Assembly (NCBI GenBank): GCA_965203055.1
Contig: OZ241863.1
Location: 1,856,001-1,920,000, forward strand
DNA: 64,000 bases
Direction: 5' to 3'
Origin: Spirochaetia bacterium
Lineage (GTDB): Bacteria > Spirochaetota > Spirochaetia > SZUA-6 > Bin103
Positions 29,081-39,272 of this stretch are shown one piece after another. A program made the translations under genes and the position numbers. The notes below the pieces were generated by a model. That model worked only from the letters and a program-made list of their open reading frames with translations, ran no database searches and was not told the origin of the DNA. Numbering within the stretch: the first letter of the stretch is position 1; every line of letters begins with the position of its first letter.

Positions 29081-29941
29081 ATGCAAGTCACCGTCTTTGG
29101 CGGCTCCGGGCGCATCGGGCGCCACGTCGTGGCCGAGCTGATCGCCGGCGGCCACACCGTGCTCAACGCCGACCGCCGGCCGCCGCCGCACGTCACCTGG
29201 CTCTACGACCAGTCCGGCGCCGAACTGTACGTGGACACCGACCTGACGCGCCTGGGGGACGTGGTATCGGTCCTGCGCGGCGCCGACGGAGCGATCCAAC
29301 TGGCGGCGATTCCCAACCCGACGGGACAGGTTCCGGGCCGCCTGTTCCACACCAACATGATGGCTGACTTCAACGTGCTGGAGGCGGCCGAACTGCTGGG
29401 CGTTCCGAAGCTGGTGCTGGCCTCGTCCATCAACGCGCTGGGCGCCAGCTTCAACCAGCGCGTGGTGGCGCCGAGCTACTTCCCGCTGGACGAGGAACAC
29501 GAGACCCGCTGCGAGGAGGTCTACTCGATCACCAAGTGGCTGGGCGAAGAGCTGGCCGCGGCCTGTGCCCGCCGCCGCCGGGTGCAGATCGCCAGCCTGC
29601 GCTTTACCTGGGTGATGGACGAGGCGCTGCGCGCCCGGGCGCGGGCAGATGTCGATTCGCAGGCGCAGCGGGAGCGCAGCGCCAAGGGCTTCTGGTCATG
29701 GGTGGACGTGCGCGACGTGGCCCGCGCCTGCCGCCGGGCGTTGGAGGCCGAGTGGACCGGCCACGAACGGTTCTGGATCAACGCCGCCGACACCTTCCTG
29801 GACCTCCCCACGGCGCAGGCGCTGGCGCAGTGGTACCCGGGCGTACCCCTGCGCATACCGCTGGACGGGCATTCCGCCGTCTTCAGCATCGCCAAGGCCA
29901 ACCGCCTCCTGGGCTGGCAACCCACCCACACCTGGCACTGA
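29081..29941 (+). CDS. NAD-dependent epimerase/dehydratase
   Basis: 'GGSGRIG', 'ASS', 'YSITK' (YxxxK), 'VDVRDVA'. Confidence 0.88.
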   Translation: MQVTVFGGSGRIGRHVVAELIAGGHTVLNADRRPPPHVTWLYDQSGAELYVDTDLTRLGDVVSVLRGADGAIQLAAIPNPTGQVPGRLFHTNMMADFNVLEAAELLGVPKLVLASSINALGASFNQRVVAPSYFPLDEEHETRCEEVYSITKWLGEELAAACARRRRVQIASLRFTWVMDEALRARARADVDSQAQRERSAKGFWSWVDVRDVARACRRALEAEWTGHERFWINAADTFLDLPTAQALAQWYPGVPLRIPLDGHSAVFSIAKANRLLGWQPTHTWH

Positions 29942-29979
29942 AATCTGCCGGAGCGCGGCGGGCGTAGCGACCTCTCGAT

Positions 29980-30744
29980 TTACCGGCCGCGGCGGGCGTT
30001 GGCGGTAAACTGGGCGGCGCCGGTCTGCAGCCAGCCCTTGGTGGCGGTGAGGACCAGGCGCACGCCCAGGTCGACGTAGCGGGCGGCGTCGTCATTGGAC
30101 GTCAGGGTGCCCGCCACCCGTCCCGCGGCCACGATGCGGCGGATCGAATCCTCGATCTTGTCCCGCACCTCGGGGTGGCCGGGGTCGCCGATGTGGCCCA
30201 TGGAGGCCGCGTAGTCGTTCTGCGCCACGAAGAACACGTCGATCTGCTCCACCTCCAGGATCTGGTCCAGGTTGGCGTAGGCGGCGATGTCCTCGATCAA
30301 CACGATGAGGCAGGTCTCGGCGTTGGCTTGGCGGAGGTAGTCGTCCACGCCGTAGTACTGGCGGCTGGTGTACAGGCCGCGTTGTCCGAGCGGGGCGAAC
30401 TTGCCGCCGGCTACCACGTTCTCCGCCTCGGCGCGGGTGTTGACGTGCGGCACCACCACCGCCTGGGCGCCGCGGTCGAGGGTACGGTAGATCAGCCCCT
30501 GGTGGTTGTGGTTGACGCGCACCACCGAGGTGAGGTCCCAGAGGTCGCAGGCGCGGGTGAGGTTGCCCAGCTCGGCGGCGTCCACCGGGCCATGCTCGCC
30601 CTCCAGCCAGATGCCGTCCACGCCGGCGCCGGCGGCGATCGGTCCGAAGGCGTCGATGTCGTCGGGGTGGGTGATGCCGGTGACCACGGTGGCCACCTGG
30701 CCCGCCGCCAGCCGCTGCTTGATGCGATTCTTGCGTAGGTCCAT
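29980..30744 (-). CDS. HpcH/HpaI aldolase family protein
   Basis: 'WLEGEHG', 'LDRGA', 'VPHV', 'VLIED'. Confidence 0.88.
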   Translation of the reverse strand: MDLRKNRIKQRLAAGQVATVVTGITHPDDIDAFGPIAAGAGVDGIWLEGEHGPVDAAELGNLTRACDLWDLTSVVRVNHNHQGLIYRTLDRGAQAVVVPHVNTRAEAENVVAGGKFAPLGQRGLYTSRQYYGVDDYLRQANAETCLIVLIEDIAAYANLDQILEVEQIDVFFVAQNDYAASMGHIGDPGHPEVRDKIEDSIRRIVAAGRVAGTLTSNDDAARYVDLGVRLVLTATKGWLQTGAAQFTANARRGR

Positions 30745-30837
30745 CGGCAGGACGGTACCCCGCGGCTGCGGTCAGGTAAAGGGACGCCGGCCGATAGCGG
30801 CCGGCGGTGGCCGGCGGTGTGCTATCATCGCGGCCAA

Positions 30838-31677
30838 ATGGACCGACGCTTGGTGATCAACCGCCGGAACTGGAACGACCGCGTGCCGGTGCACGCCGCC
30901 TCCGAGTTCTACGACGTGGCCGGCTTCAAGGCCGGCCGCATCTCGCTCAACGCGATCGAACGGGAGGAAATAGGCCCGGTAGCCGGCAAGAGCGTGCTCC
31001 ACCTGCAGTGCCACTTCGGCATGGACACCATGTCGTGGACCCGACTCGGCGCCCGCGCCACCGGCGTCGACTTCTCCGATGCCGCCATCGACTTGGCGCG
31101 CGAGCTGAGCGCCGAGCTGAAGCTCGATACGCGCTTCATCCATAGCAACGTATACGACCTGCCGCAGGTGCTGCGCGAGCAGTTCGACGTCGTGTACACC
31201 GCCTCCGGGGTGCTGGTGTGGCTGCCGGACCTCACCGCCTGGGCCAAGGTCGCCGCCGGCTTCGTCAAGCCCGGCGGCACGTTCTACCTGCTCGACGGCC
31301 ATCCGCTGTGCCAGGTCTTCGCCGATGACGACAACCCGGACGCCTCCGATCTGCAGGTGCGCAATCCCTACTTCCCCGATCCCGCCGGCACCTTCTACGG
31401 CGGCGACGGCTACAGCTACGCCGGGGACGAGACCATCCCCTCCCCCAGCTACGAGTGGCAGCACAGCATGGCGGAGATTGTGAACGCGCTGCTGGCGGCC
31501 GGGCTGCGCCTCCAGTTCCTCCGCGAGTTTCCCTTCAGCAACTACCGGGCGCTGCCGGGTATGGTGCGCAGCGGCGACGGCTGGTGGCGGCTGCCGGAGC
31601 GCAACGACTCGATCCCGAAGCTGTTCTCGCTGCGCGCCGCCAAGCCCGCCGGCGAACGGGAGGCAGACGATGAGTGA
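30838..31677 (+). CDS. Class I SAM-dependent methyltransferase
   Basis: 'VLHLQCHFG', 'GVDFS', 'FDVVY', 'KPGG'. Confidence 0.88.
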   Translation: MDRRLVINRRNWNDRVPVHAASEFYDVAGFKAGRISLNAIEREEIGPVAGKSVLHLQCHFGMDTMSWTRLGARATGVDFSDAAIDLARELSAELKLDTRFIHSNVYDLPQVLREQFDVVYTASGVLVWLPDLTAWAKVAAGFVKPGGTFYLLDGHPLCQVFADDDNPDASDLQVRNPYFPDPAGTFYGGDGYSYAGDETIPSPSYEWQHSMAEIVNALLAAGLRLQFLREFPFSNYRALPGMVRSGDGWWRLPERNDSIPKLFSLRAAKPAGEREADDE

Positions 31678-32137
31678 CCAGGCGGTACGCGAGCACGCGG
31701 CGACCCTGCTGGCCGGCCGCGGGGCGCACGTTCCCTTCGAGCAGGCGGTGGCCGGAGTCCCGGAGCATCTGCGCGGCGAGGTCCCAGAGGGCGCCGCCTC
31801 CTCCCTGTGGCAGCAGCTCGAACATCTGCGCCTCGCGCAGTGGGACATCCTGGAGTTCAGCCGCGACCCCCGCCACGTGTCGCCCGAGTATCCCGGCGGC
31901 TACTGGCCCGCCGCCGCGGCGCCGCCGGACGGCGCCTGGCAGCGAAGCGTCGACGCGTTCCTGGCCGACCGCGAGGCGATGATCCGGTTGATCTCGGACC
32001 CGGCGGCCGACCTCTACCGGCCGCTCCCGCACGGCACCGGCCAGACCCTGCTGCGCGAGGCGCTGGTGCTGGCCGACCACAACGCCTACCACGTCGGTCA
32101 GATCGTCCTGCTGCGCCGGCTGCTGGGCTGCTGGTAA
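31670..32137 (+). CDS. DinB/YfiT-like protein
   Basis: 'WQQLEHLR', 'GYWP', 'LLREALVLADHNAYHVGQ'. Confidence 0.85.
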   Translation: MSDQAVREHAATLLAGRGAHVPFEQAVAGVPEHLRGEVPEGAASSLWQQLEHLRLAQWDILEFSRDPRHVSPEYPGGYWPAAAAPPDGAWQRSVDAFLADREAMIRLISDPAADLYRPLPHGTGQTLLREALVLADHNAYHVGQIVLLRRLLGCW

Positions 32138-32207
32138 CGCGCGCGTTGCGCACGTTGGAAAGAGGCGGACGCAACTTGCCGGGAAACGGTAAGCTGCGTG
32201 GCACGCC

Positions 32208-33833
32208 ATGAGCACCGCGGGCGCCGCCGCGCCGCCTCCCAGCCGAGTCCGCACCCTGCGCGAGCTGCTGCAGCGCAGCGACACGTTCGTGCATCTGGTG
32301 GAGCTGGTCACCTCGCGCGGCCTGCTCACCGACCGCGGCGGCAAGCGCGTGCTCGGCCTGGCGCGGGAACTGGTCCGCCACCCGCAGATCCATGCCCTGT
32401 CGATCACCGACAATCCCGGCGGCCACGCCATGTTCGGCGCCGACGCCCTCGGCACCGACCTGATCTCACGCGGCCAGGAGGTGGTGATCCACCTCTCCTG
32501 CAAGGACTGGAACCGCAACGCCCTGGAGAGCCGCGGCTGGCAGCTCGCCAGTCTCGGCTTCGACAACATCCTCGCCCTCTCGGGCGACTATCCGGTAAGC
32601 GGCTACCAGGGTCAGGCCAGCCCGGTGTTCGACCTCGATTCCGCGGCCCTGCTGCGCCTGTTCGCTGACATGAACCGCGGCATCCGCGCCGGCCGGCGCA
32701 CCCTCACCGCAACCCGCTTCTTCCTCGGGGCGGTAGTGAACAACCACAAGCGCCACGAGCGCGAGGTAATGCCGCAGTACTTCAAGCTGGCCCGGAAGAT
32801 CGCCAACGGCGCGCGCTTCATCATCAGCCAGATCGGCTGGGACGCGCGCAAGCAGGATGAGCTGCTGCGCTACATGGCGCAGCACCGGCTGCGGGCGCCG
32901 GCGATTGCCAACGCCTACCTGTTGAGCCGGCCCGCGGCGCGCTTCTTCGCCTCCGGGAAGATTCCCGGCGTGGTGGTGGTGCCGGAGCTGCTGGAGCTGT
33001 GCGAGCGGCGGGCGGCGTCGCCCGACAAGGGCACGGCGTTCTTTTTGGAGCTGGCCGCCAAGCAGGTGGCCATCGCGCGCGGCCTGGGCTACCGCGGCGT
33101 CTACCTCGGCGGCCTGACGCGCGCCGCCGACGTCGAGCGCGTGCTGCAGCTCGCCGCCGGCTTCGGCCCCGGCGACTGGCGGCAGTTCGCCGGCGAGGTA
33201 CGCTTCCCCTTCCCCGACGAGTTCTACTACTTCGAGGCCGGCGCCGCGGCCGGCACCAGCAGCGATCAGGTGAACCGCGCCTACCTGGCGTCGCTGCAGC
33301 CGGAGGCGCGGCGCGCGCTGCAGCGGGCGGCGCCGCTCGGCTACAAGCTGGGCCGCCGGGCGCACGACGCCATGTTCACGCCCGGCGGCGCCGGCTTCCG
33401 CGCCGGGCGCCGGGTGGCCGGCGCCGTGGAGCGCGCCGGCCGGGGCGGCAAGCGGCTGTTCCACGCGCTCGAACACGCCTCCAAGGCGCTGGCCTACGAC
33501 TGCCGCGACTGCGGCGACTGCTCGCTGCCCGACGTCGCCTTCCTGTGCCCGGAGTCGCAGTGCGTCAAGAACCAGCGCAACGGCCCGTGCGGCGGCACCC
33601 GCGAGGGCAAGTGCGAGGTAGGCGAAAAGGAGTGCATCTGGGCGCGCGCCTACGACCGGCTCAAGGCCTACGGCGAGGAGCGGACGCTGTGCGACGGGCC
33701 GGCGATCGTCAAGAACGCCGCGCTGCAGGGCACCAGCGCCTGGTTGAACACCTACCTCGAACGCGACCACTTCGCGGACCGGCGGCGCGCGGCGCCGGAG
33801 CGGCCCGCGGCCAAGGATGAACCCGACGCATGA
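32208..33833 (+). CDS. Methylenetetrahydrofolate reductase with fused C-terminal Cys-rich (MetV/MTHFR_C-like) domain
   Basis: 'ITDNPGG', 'HLSCKDWNR', 'LALSGDY', C-terminal 'CRDCGDC...CPESQC.K.QRNGPCGG...CEV...CIW'. Confidence 0.85.
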   Translation: MSTAGAAAPPPSRVRTLRELLQRSDTFVHLVELVTSRGLLTDRGGKRVLGLARELVRHPQIHALSITDNPGGHAMFGADALGTDLISRGQEVVIHLSCKDWNRNALESRGWQLASLGFDNILALSGDYPVSGYQGQASPVFDLDSAALLRLFADMNRGIRAGRRTLTATRFFLGAVVNNHKRHEREVMPQYFKLARKIANGARFIISQIGWDARKQDELLRYMAQHRLRAPAIANAYLLSRPAARFFASGKIPGVVVVPELLELCERRAASPDKGTAFFLELAAKQVAIARGLGYRGVYLGGLTRAADVERVLQLAAGFGPGDWRQFAGEVRFPFPDEFYYFEAGAAAGTSSDQVNRAYLASLQPEARRALQRAAPLGYKLGRRAHDAMFTPGGAGFRAGRRVAGAVERAGRGGKRLFHALEHASKALAYDCRDCGDCSLPDVAFLCPESQCVKNQRNGPCGGTREGKCEVGEKECIWARAYDRLKAYGEERTLCDGPAIVKNAALQGTSAWLNTYLERDHFADRRRAAPERPAAKDEPDA

Positions 33834-34846
33834 GCAGCGCCTTCAAGATCATCGGCGAGAACATTCACACCACCCGCGTGCTGCGGCGCGCGGGCAAGCG
33901 GATCAGCGAGCTGCCCGACGGCACCCCGGCGGTGAACTACCGGCTCAAGGACGGTGCGGTGCGCTACCTGCCGATCCCGGCGGAATTCACCAGGACGCAG
34001 GACTACGAAGAGGGGCGGGTCAAGCACGTGCAGATAGCGCTGCGCGGCGCCATGGCCGGCGGCGGGCAGGCGGCCGAGGGACTGCGCTACCTGCGCCGGC
34101 TGGCGGAGCGGCAGGAGGATGCCGGCGCCCACTTCCTGGACCTCAACGTCGACGAGATCTCGCTGCGCCCGGAGCGGCAGCAGGCGGCGATGCGCTGGCT
34201 GGTAGCGGCGATGCGGCGCGCCAGCCGGCTGCCCCTGTCGATCGATTCCTCCAACCTCGACATCATTCGCGCCGGGTTGGAGGCGCTGAACGGCAGCGGC
34301 CTGCTCAACTCCGCCTCCCTGGAACGGCTGGACGCCCTCGACCTGGCGCGGGAGCACGGCGTGCCGGTAATCGTCACCGCGGCCGGCGAGTCCGGGATGC
34401 CGAACGACGCCGCCGAACGGGTCGCCAATGCCTCGCGGGTGGTGGACGCGGCGTTCGCCAAGGGGATTCCGGCGGGCGACGTCTACGTCGACCCGCTGGT
34501 GTTTCCGATCGCCGTGGACCAGCGCTTCGGCAACCATTGCCTGGCCGCCATCCGCGCGCTGCGGGAGCGGTACGGCGCCGCCATTCACCTTACCGGCGGC
34601 TTCAGCAACGTCTCCTTCGGGATGCCTGCGCGGCGCCTGATCAACGACGTGTTCCTGCGCTTGGCGATCGCCGCCGGCGCCGACAGCGGCATCCTCGATC
34701 CGGTCACCAGCCGCCTCGACCGGGTGCTGGCGCTCGACCGCGCGGCGCGCTCCTGGCGGCTGGCCGAAGACCTGCTGCTGGGGCGCGACGAGTACTGCGC
34801 CGCGTTCATTCGCGCATACCGGAAAGGAGAGCTGAACGACCAATGA
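33830..34846 (+). CDS. Pterin-binding methyltetrahydrofolate:corrinoid methyltransferase (AcsE/MetH pterin domain-like)
   Basis: 'IIGENIH', 'FLDLNVD', 'PLSIDSS', 'DPLVFP', 'GFSNVSFGMP'. Confidence 0.82.
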   Translation: MSSAFKIIGENIHTTRVLRRAGKRISELPDGTPAVNYRLKDGAVRYLPIPAEFTRTQDYEEGRVKHVQIALRGAMAGGGQAAEGLRYLRRLAERQEDAGAHFLDLNVDEISLRPERQQAAMRWLVAAMRRASRLPLSIDSSNLDIIRAGLEALNGSGLLNSASLERLDALDLAREHGVPVIVTAAGESGMPNDAAERVANASRVVDAAFAKGIPAGDVYVDPLVFPIAVDQRFGNHCLAAIRALRERYGAAIHLTGGFSNVSFGMPARRLINDVFLRLAIAAGADSGILDPVTSRLDRVLALDRAARSWRLAEDLLLGRDEYCAAFIRAYRKGELNDQ

Positions 34847-35130
34847 CCGAGTACCGAATACTTGCCTGGCGCGGCATTCCCGCCCAGGTGCGCGTCTCCG
34901 CCCCCGGCAAGCGCATCTCCGGCCAGCTTCCGCCCCGCTACCAGGAAGAGATCGACCGCGTCGCCATGGAAGAAGGGATGTACGGCTCGGACGCCTACCT
35001 GGAGCACTGGAAGTGGGGTCCGCGCCAGACGCGCGCCGGCGGCCCGCAGGAAGTGCTCGACGCCGTCGTCGCCGAGCTGATCGAAGAATGGGACCGCAAG
35101 CTGTTCGGCGCCCCCGGTCCCGCCGATTGA
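34843..35130 (+). CDS. Small 'virulence factor' (Virulence_fact) family protein
   Basis: 'ILAWRGIPAQV', 'IDRVAM', 'DAYLEHW'; this family is usually found beside methyl-transfer genes. Confidence 0.75.
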   Translation: MTEYRILAWRGIPAQVRVSAPGKRISGQLPPRYQEEIDRVAMEEGMYGSDAYLEHWKWGPRQTRAGGPQEVLDAVVAELIEEWDRKLFGAPGPAD

Positions 35131-35304
35131 CGCCCGGCCTGACCGCGACCGGCCCGTACCCGTCAAATGGCGATCTGACCCCGGGGCAGCCGGCCACCAA
35201 CCTGCTTCGCCGGCCGCATCACGCCGGCGCTTTCAAACCGGAGGCCAACCACCAACCAGCCGTTGGAGTTGACGGCTCCCCGGTAACGGGATACCGTTGC
35301 CCGC

Positions 35305-36970
35305 ATGGACCGGTCGCCCGTTTCCCCGTCGCATCGAACTCCCGTCGTCTCGTTGGCGAGGAGCGCCGCCGGGGCGGCGCTCCTCGGTCTGGCCGCCGCG
35401 TCCTGGTTCGGACTCGCGGCCTGCTCAGCCGCCGCCCCCGCCGCAACCCCGGCGGCGCCCGCCGGCCCGGCCACGCCTACCCCCCCCCCCCCCCCCCCCC
35501 GGAAACCCGACCGAACCCGTAACTCCGACCGCACCGACTGAACCGACAACGCCACAGGATCCGACAGAGCCAGTTAATCCGACCCCGCCGCCTGCGGGCG
35601 GCGGCGGTCCTTCCGGGGGTGGAGGACCTTCAGGAGGAGGAGGACCTCCGCCTGCAACTCCGCCACAGCCGAACAGGGCTCCGATAATAACTTCAAGTCC
35701 CGTTACCGAGGTTGATGAAAATTCTGCTTACAGCTATCAGGTTACCGCAAGGGATCCCGACGGGGACAGCATGAATTTTAGTCTGCCGACGAAACCCGCG
35801 TGGCTTTCAATGAATTCATCGGGACTGATTACCGGGACGGCTCCTTCCGTGAATTCTGACACGAACGTTAATCTTGAAGCGAGGGTTTCCGACGGGCAGG
35901 AAACGACGAGCCATTCGTTCGCGGTTTCGGTGAAGGACGTGCCGACGCTGAGCGTTTCAGGGACGTTGCAGGACAGCGAGACGGACACGGGAAAGGCGGG
36001 GGAAGTCAGGGCGTATAAAGATAACGGCGACGGGACTTATACTTTACTGAAAAAAACGACGGCGGGAAGCACGGGTGCGTTTTCAATGTCGTTCAGTCAC
36101 AGGGGAAATTTTGACTTGCAGGCAAGACTGAAACAGGGAACGGCTGACAAGAGTTACGTGAGGACGATACCGACGTCATCAACTTCAACTTTAACGGGAC
36201 TGACGATAAGGGCGGTTCCCTACACGGACCTTTCGGAAACCCAAACGGTAAGTGCGACCGACACGATAGTAAGCATACCTGAATTCAAGTCATTCATGGA
36301 AGACGTTAATAACCATGCCTCTAATCGTGCCGGCGGAGGATTCATGAAGTGGGATTTAACAAGCGGTTTTAACGGGGTTGAAATTTTAAGGGAAAATCCG
36401 ACGTCAAACACGGGAAGTTTTGACACGACGAAGCAGAATTACATAGAAAACAAAATAAAGGCATCGGATGACATAGCGTTATTGTTTGACGGAAGAACGG
36501 TAACGGTGCAGAAGGACGCCACGAGAACGGCTCAGGACGCGAACAAGAAATACACGGTTTCGGGAAGCACGATAACGCCTGATACGGGCTGGATTGTCGT
36601 CGTTCCGGTGCATGATTATTTTGCTTCAGGCGGGGCGACGGGAGGAGATTCAGACAATGACGGTTACATTGACAGTTACAGGATTGAACTAGAATCAAAC
36701 GACGCGGGCATTTATGCAGACGGCGCCAGAATAATAACGCACGAATTTGCCCACACGACTCTTTATCCCGGGGGTGACGTTACGATGGGGCATACAAGCA
36801 GGTTGGTTAATGATCAGTCAATTACTTCCACTTTCAGTGCGGGAAGGACGGGATGCACGAAGCCATGCACTTTTGACAAGAAGGCTGCCAAGTTGATTTA
36901 CGAATCTACCTTTGCCGTGGGGACTCCTTATAGTGAGATTCTGGGGACGGCGTGGCGGACGAACGAATAG
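35305..36970 (+). pseudogene. Lipoprotein with Pro/Gly linker, Ig/cadherin-like domain and HExxH zinc-peptidase domain; frameshifted at a C21 tract
   Basis: Signal peptide with lipobox 'LAAC' (ORF 35305-35541) is out of frame with the body ('NRAPIITSSP...DPDGD', 'THEFAH'). C21 at 35480-35500; C20 or C23 restores the frame. Confidence 0.75.
35480..35500 (+). repeat. Poly(C)21 homopolymer
   Basis: Read directly. Confidence 0.95.
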
Positions 36971-37118
36971 TCTGCGCCCTCGCCCACCCGCCGCCGCCAA
37001 CCCAAGACTTACCGCACCGGCAGGGCACGGCAGCCCGTTCCGTTGCCGTTCACCGCGCGTCTCGTGATCCGCGGCCGCCTCGACTGCGCCATCAGTTCGA
37101 CGACCAGGCCAGCTTCCG

Positions 37119-37523
37119 TCAGTTGACGATCACTCCGACTACCGCCGCCGTAGCAGCCACCGCCGTGATGAGCGAAGTTAGCATTATACCGACCGTCCAT
37201 TTCATCGTATTCTTGGCGTTCTTTTCAATATCTTCTCTGGTTGCAAGATTTTGCATATCCACTTTCGACTTGGTCTCCTTAAACTGACAAATGATCGTGA
37301 CCAGGATCATCACACTAACACTGATCTGAAACAATGTCAACATTCCGCAGATCGCGGGTGTGGAGTCGATGATTCTTGTCCAAACCGAAGCGCTCAATAG
37401 ACTGATGGCGACCCCCGGATTATTCAGATGAAGCACCACTTCCGTTCGTGTGGATTCGGTGAGGCAAGGCTGTCTTCCAATTTGCTGCGATGTGTGGTAC
37501 CACCCGGACAAAGGGAAAGACAC
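37119..37523 (-). CDS. Small hypothetical protein with C-terminal 'LATREDI' coiled coil plus TM tail (start uncertain, possibly a remnant)
   Basis: C-terminus MQNLATREDIEKNAKNTMKWTVGIMLTSLITAVAATAAVVGVIVN resembles tail-anchored coiled-coil proteins. Confidence 0.4.
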   Translation of the reverse strand: MSFPLSGWYHTSQQIGRQPCLTESTRTEVVLHLNNPGVAISLLSASVWTRIIDSTPAICGMLTLFQISVSVMILVTIICQFKETKSKVDMQNLATREDIEKNAKNTMKWTVGIMLTSLITAVAATAAVVGVIVN

Positions 37524-37645
37524 CGGAACTGTCGCTATCGAAGTACCTGCAGGACTTGAGGAACGAGGGGAAAATTGAGTTTGTCGACAATCAAGGCACG
37601 TACAAGTTGATAGACGACGATCTCGTTGCGAGATGTTCCAGATGA
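37490..37645 (+). pseudogene. Winged-helix fragment (DpnI C-terminal/Dam-replacing HTH-like), 51 aa
   Basis: Own translation: MCGTTRTKGKTPELSLSKYLQDLRNEGKIEFVDNQGTYKLIDDDLVARCSR. Confidence 0.45.
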
Positions 37646-37813
37646 GACTCTAGGGAAGCTAGCGCTTCTCCCGGACTATTGGCACTGCCAGCGCCGCCTC
37701 CCGAACTGGTCAACCTCATCTCCTACCTCCTGCATTGATGGGTTGGGCCGCTTGTGTGGCAATTCGGGGGGTGGACGGGCGGCGGGTCAGCGTGTAGGGT
37801 TGCGGCACCAATC

Positions 37814-38794
37814 ATGAGCGACAGACCACGAATCGTCACCCGCTTGCCGATGCTGGAAGATCAGCTCCGGGAACGGCTCGCCGCCGCCGGCGAGGTCATC
37901 AGTCTGGCCTCGGCCACGCCCGAACAGCTTCTGCAGGGCATCGCCGAGGCGCACGCGTTCCTGGGTTTCTACGCCGTGAACGAGGCGTTTCTGGACGCCG
38001 CGCCGCGCCTGCGCGTGGTCGCCACGCCGAGCGTCGGCTACGACGCCATCGACGTGGCGGCCGCCACCGCGCGCGGCGTGGCGGTCTGCAACACGCCCGG
38101 GGTGCTGACCGCGGCGGTAGCGGACCTCACCGTGGTCTTGATCATCGCGCTGGCGCGGCGCTTGGCGGAGTACTCGCAGTTCGCGCGCAGCGGAGCGTGG
38201 GCGCGCCGCGAACCGCCGCCCGCGCTGGCCCACGACATCGCCGGCAAGACGCTTGGCGTGGTCGGCTTCGGGCGGATCGGCCGCGAGGTGGCGCGGCGCA
38301 TGCAGGTCATGGGCATGCAGCCGATCTGGTACGACGTGTTCGACCGGTTGCCGCCGGGGGCGCCGCAGGTGCCCTACCGGCCGCTGGACGAGCTGCTTGC
38401 GGCGTCCGACTTCGTGACCATCCACATGGACCTGAACGACAGTTCACGCCACCTGATCGGCGCGCGTGAACTGGGGCTGATGCGCCCCGGCGCCTACCTG
38501 ATCAACACCGCGCGCGGCGGCGTGGTGGACCAGACCGCCCTCACCAGCGCCCTGCGGCAGGGCCTGCTGGCCGGCGCCGGGCTCGACGTGCTGGAGCAGG
38601 AGCCGCCCGACCCGGCGGAGCCGATCCTGAAGCTGCCCAACGTCATCGCCTTCCCGCACATGGCCACCGCCACCCACGAAACGCGCAGGGCGATGCGCGG
38701 CCTGGCGGTCGACAACGTGATCGCGGTACTGGCCGGGCGGCAGCCGCCCGCCATCGTCAACCCGGAAGCGCTGTCCGCCGCCTCATCCGCGTAA
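37814..38794 (+). CDS. D-isomer 2-hydroxyacid dehydrogenase (glyoxylate/hydroxypyruvate reductase-like)
   Basis: 'GYDAID', 'NTPG', 'GVVGFGRIG', 'INTARG', 'GLDVLEQEP', 'PHM'. Confidence 0.92.
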   Translation: MSDRPRIVTRLPMLEDQLRERLAAAGEVISLASATPEQLLQGIAEAHAFLGFYAVNEAFLDAAPRLRVVATPSVGYDAIDVAAATARGVAVCNTPGVLTAAVADLTVVLIIALARRLAEYSQFARSGAWARREPPPALAHDIAGKTLGVVGFGRIGREVARRMQVMGMQPIWYDVFDRLPPGAPQVPYRPLDELLAASDFVTIHMDLNDSSRHLIGARELGLMRPGAYLINTARGGVVDQTALTSALRQGLLAGAGLDVLEQEPPDPAEPILKLPNVIAFPHMATATHETRRAMRGLAVDNVIAVLAGRQPPAIVNPEALSAASSA

Positions 38795-38867
38795 GGATAC
38801 GCGCGTTCCCGGAGTGCCTTGAATCCCCAAGCAGGTAGGCTCGCTTCGGCTGTGCTAATGTGGGGTC

Positions 38868-39272
38868 ATGGCCGCGCGCTACCGGGACTGGCTTCGGCAG
38901 GCGGATGCCGATTTCCGGCACGCGCGCCGGTCGCGCGATCATGGCGCGCACGAGTGGGCCTGCTTTGCCGCGCAGCAGGCGGCCGAGAAGGCGCTCAAGG
39001 CGGTCATCCTGAGCCGAGGAGCGGATGCGTGGGGCCATACGGTCACCGCCCTGCTCGGTTTGGTGACGACCGCGGAGCGTGCCGGGGAGGAGCTGATTAC
39101 GTGCGCCAAGAGCCTCGACAAGCACTACATTCCCACCCGCGACCCGAACGGCTTCGACAGCGGCGCGCCGGTCGACTTCTATACCAGGAAAGATGCTGAC
39201 GATGCCATTCTCTGCGCCGAGCGGCTCATCGGCTTCGCTCGTGGTCAAATCGAACAACCAGAGGAGCGTTGA
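38868..39272 (+). CDS. HEPN domain protein
   Basis: 'WLRQADAD', 'ACFAAQQAAEKALKA', 'WGH', 'LDKHYIPTR'. Confidence 0.9.
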   Translation: MAARYRDWLRQADADFRHARRSRDHGAHEWACFAAQQAAEKALKAVILSRGADAWGHTVTALLGLVTTAERAGEELITCAKSLDKHYIPTRDPNGFDSGAPVDFYTRKDADDAILCAERLIGFARGQIEQPEER

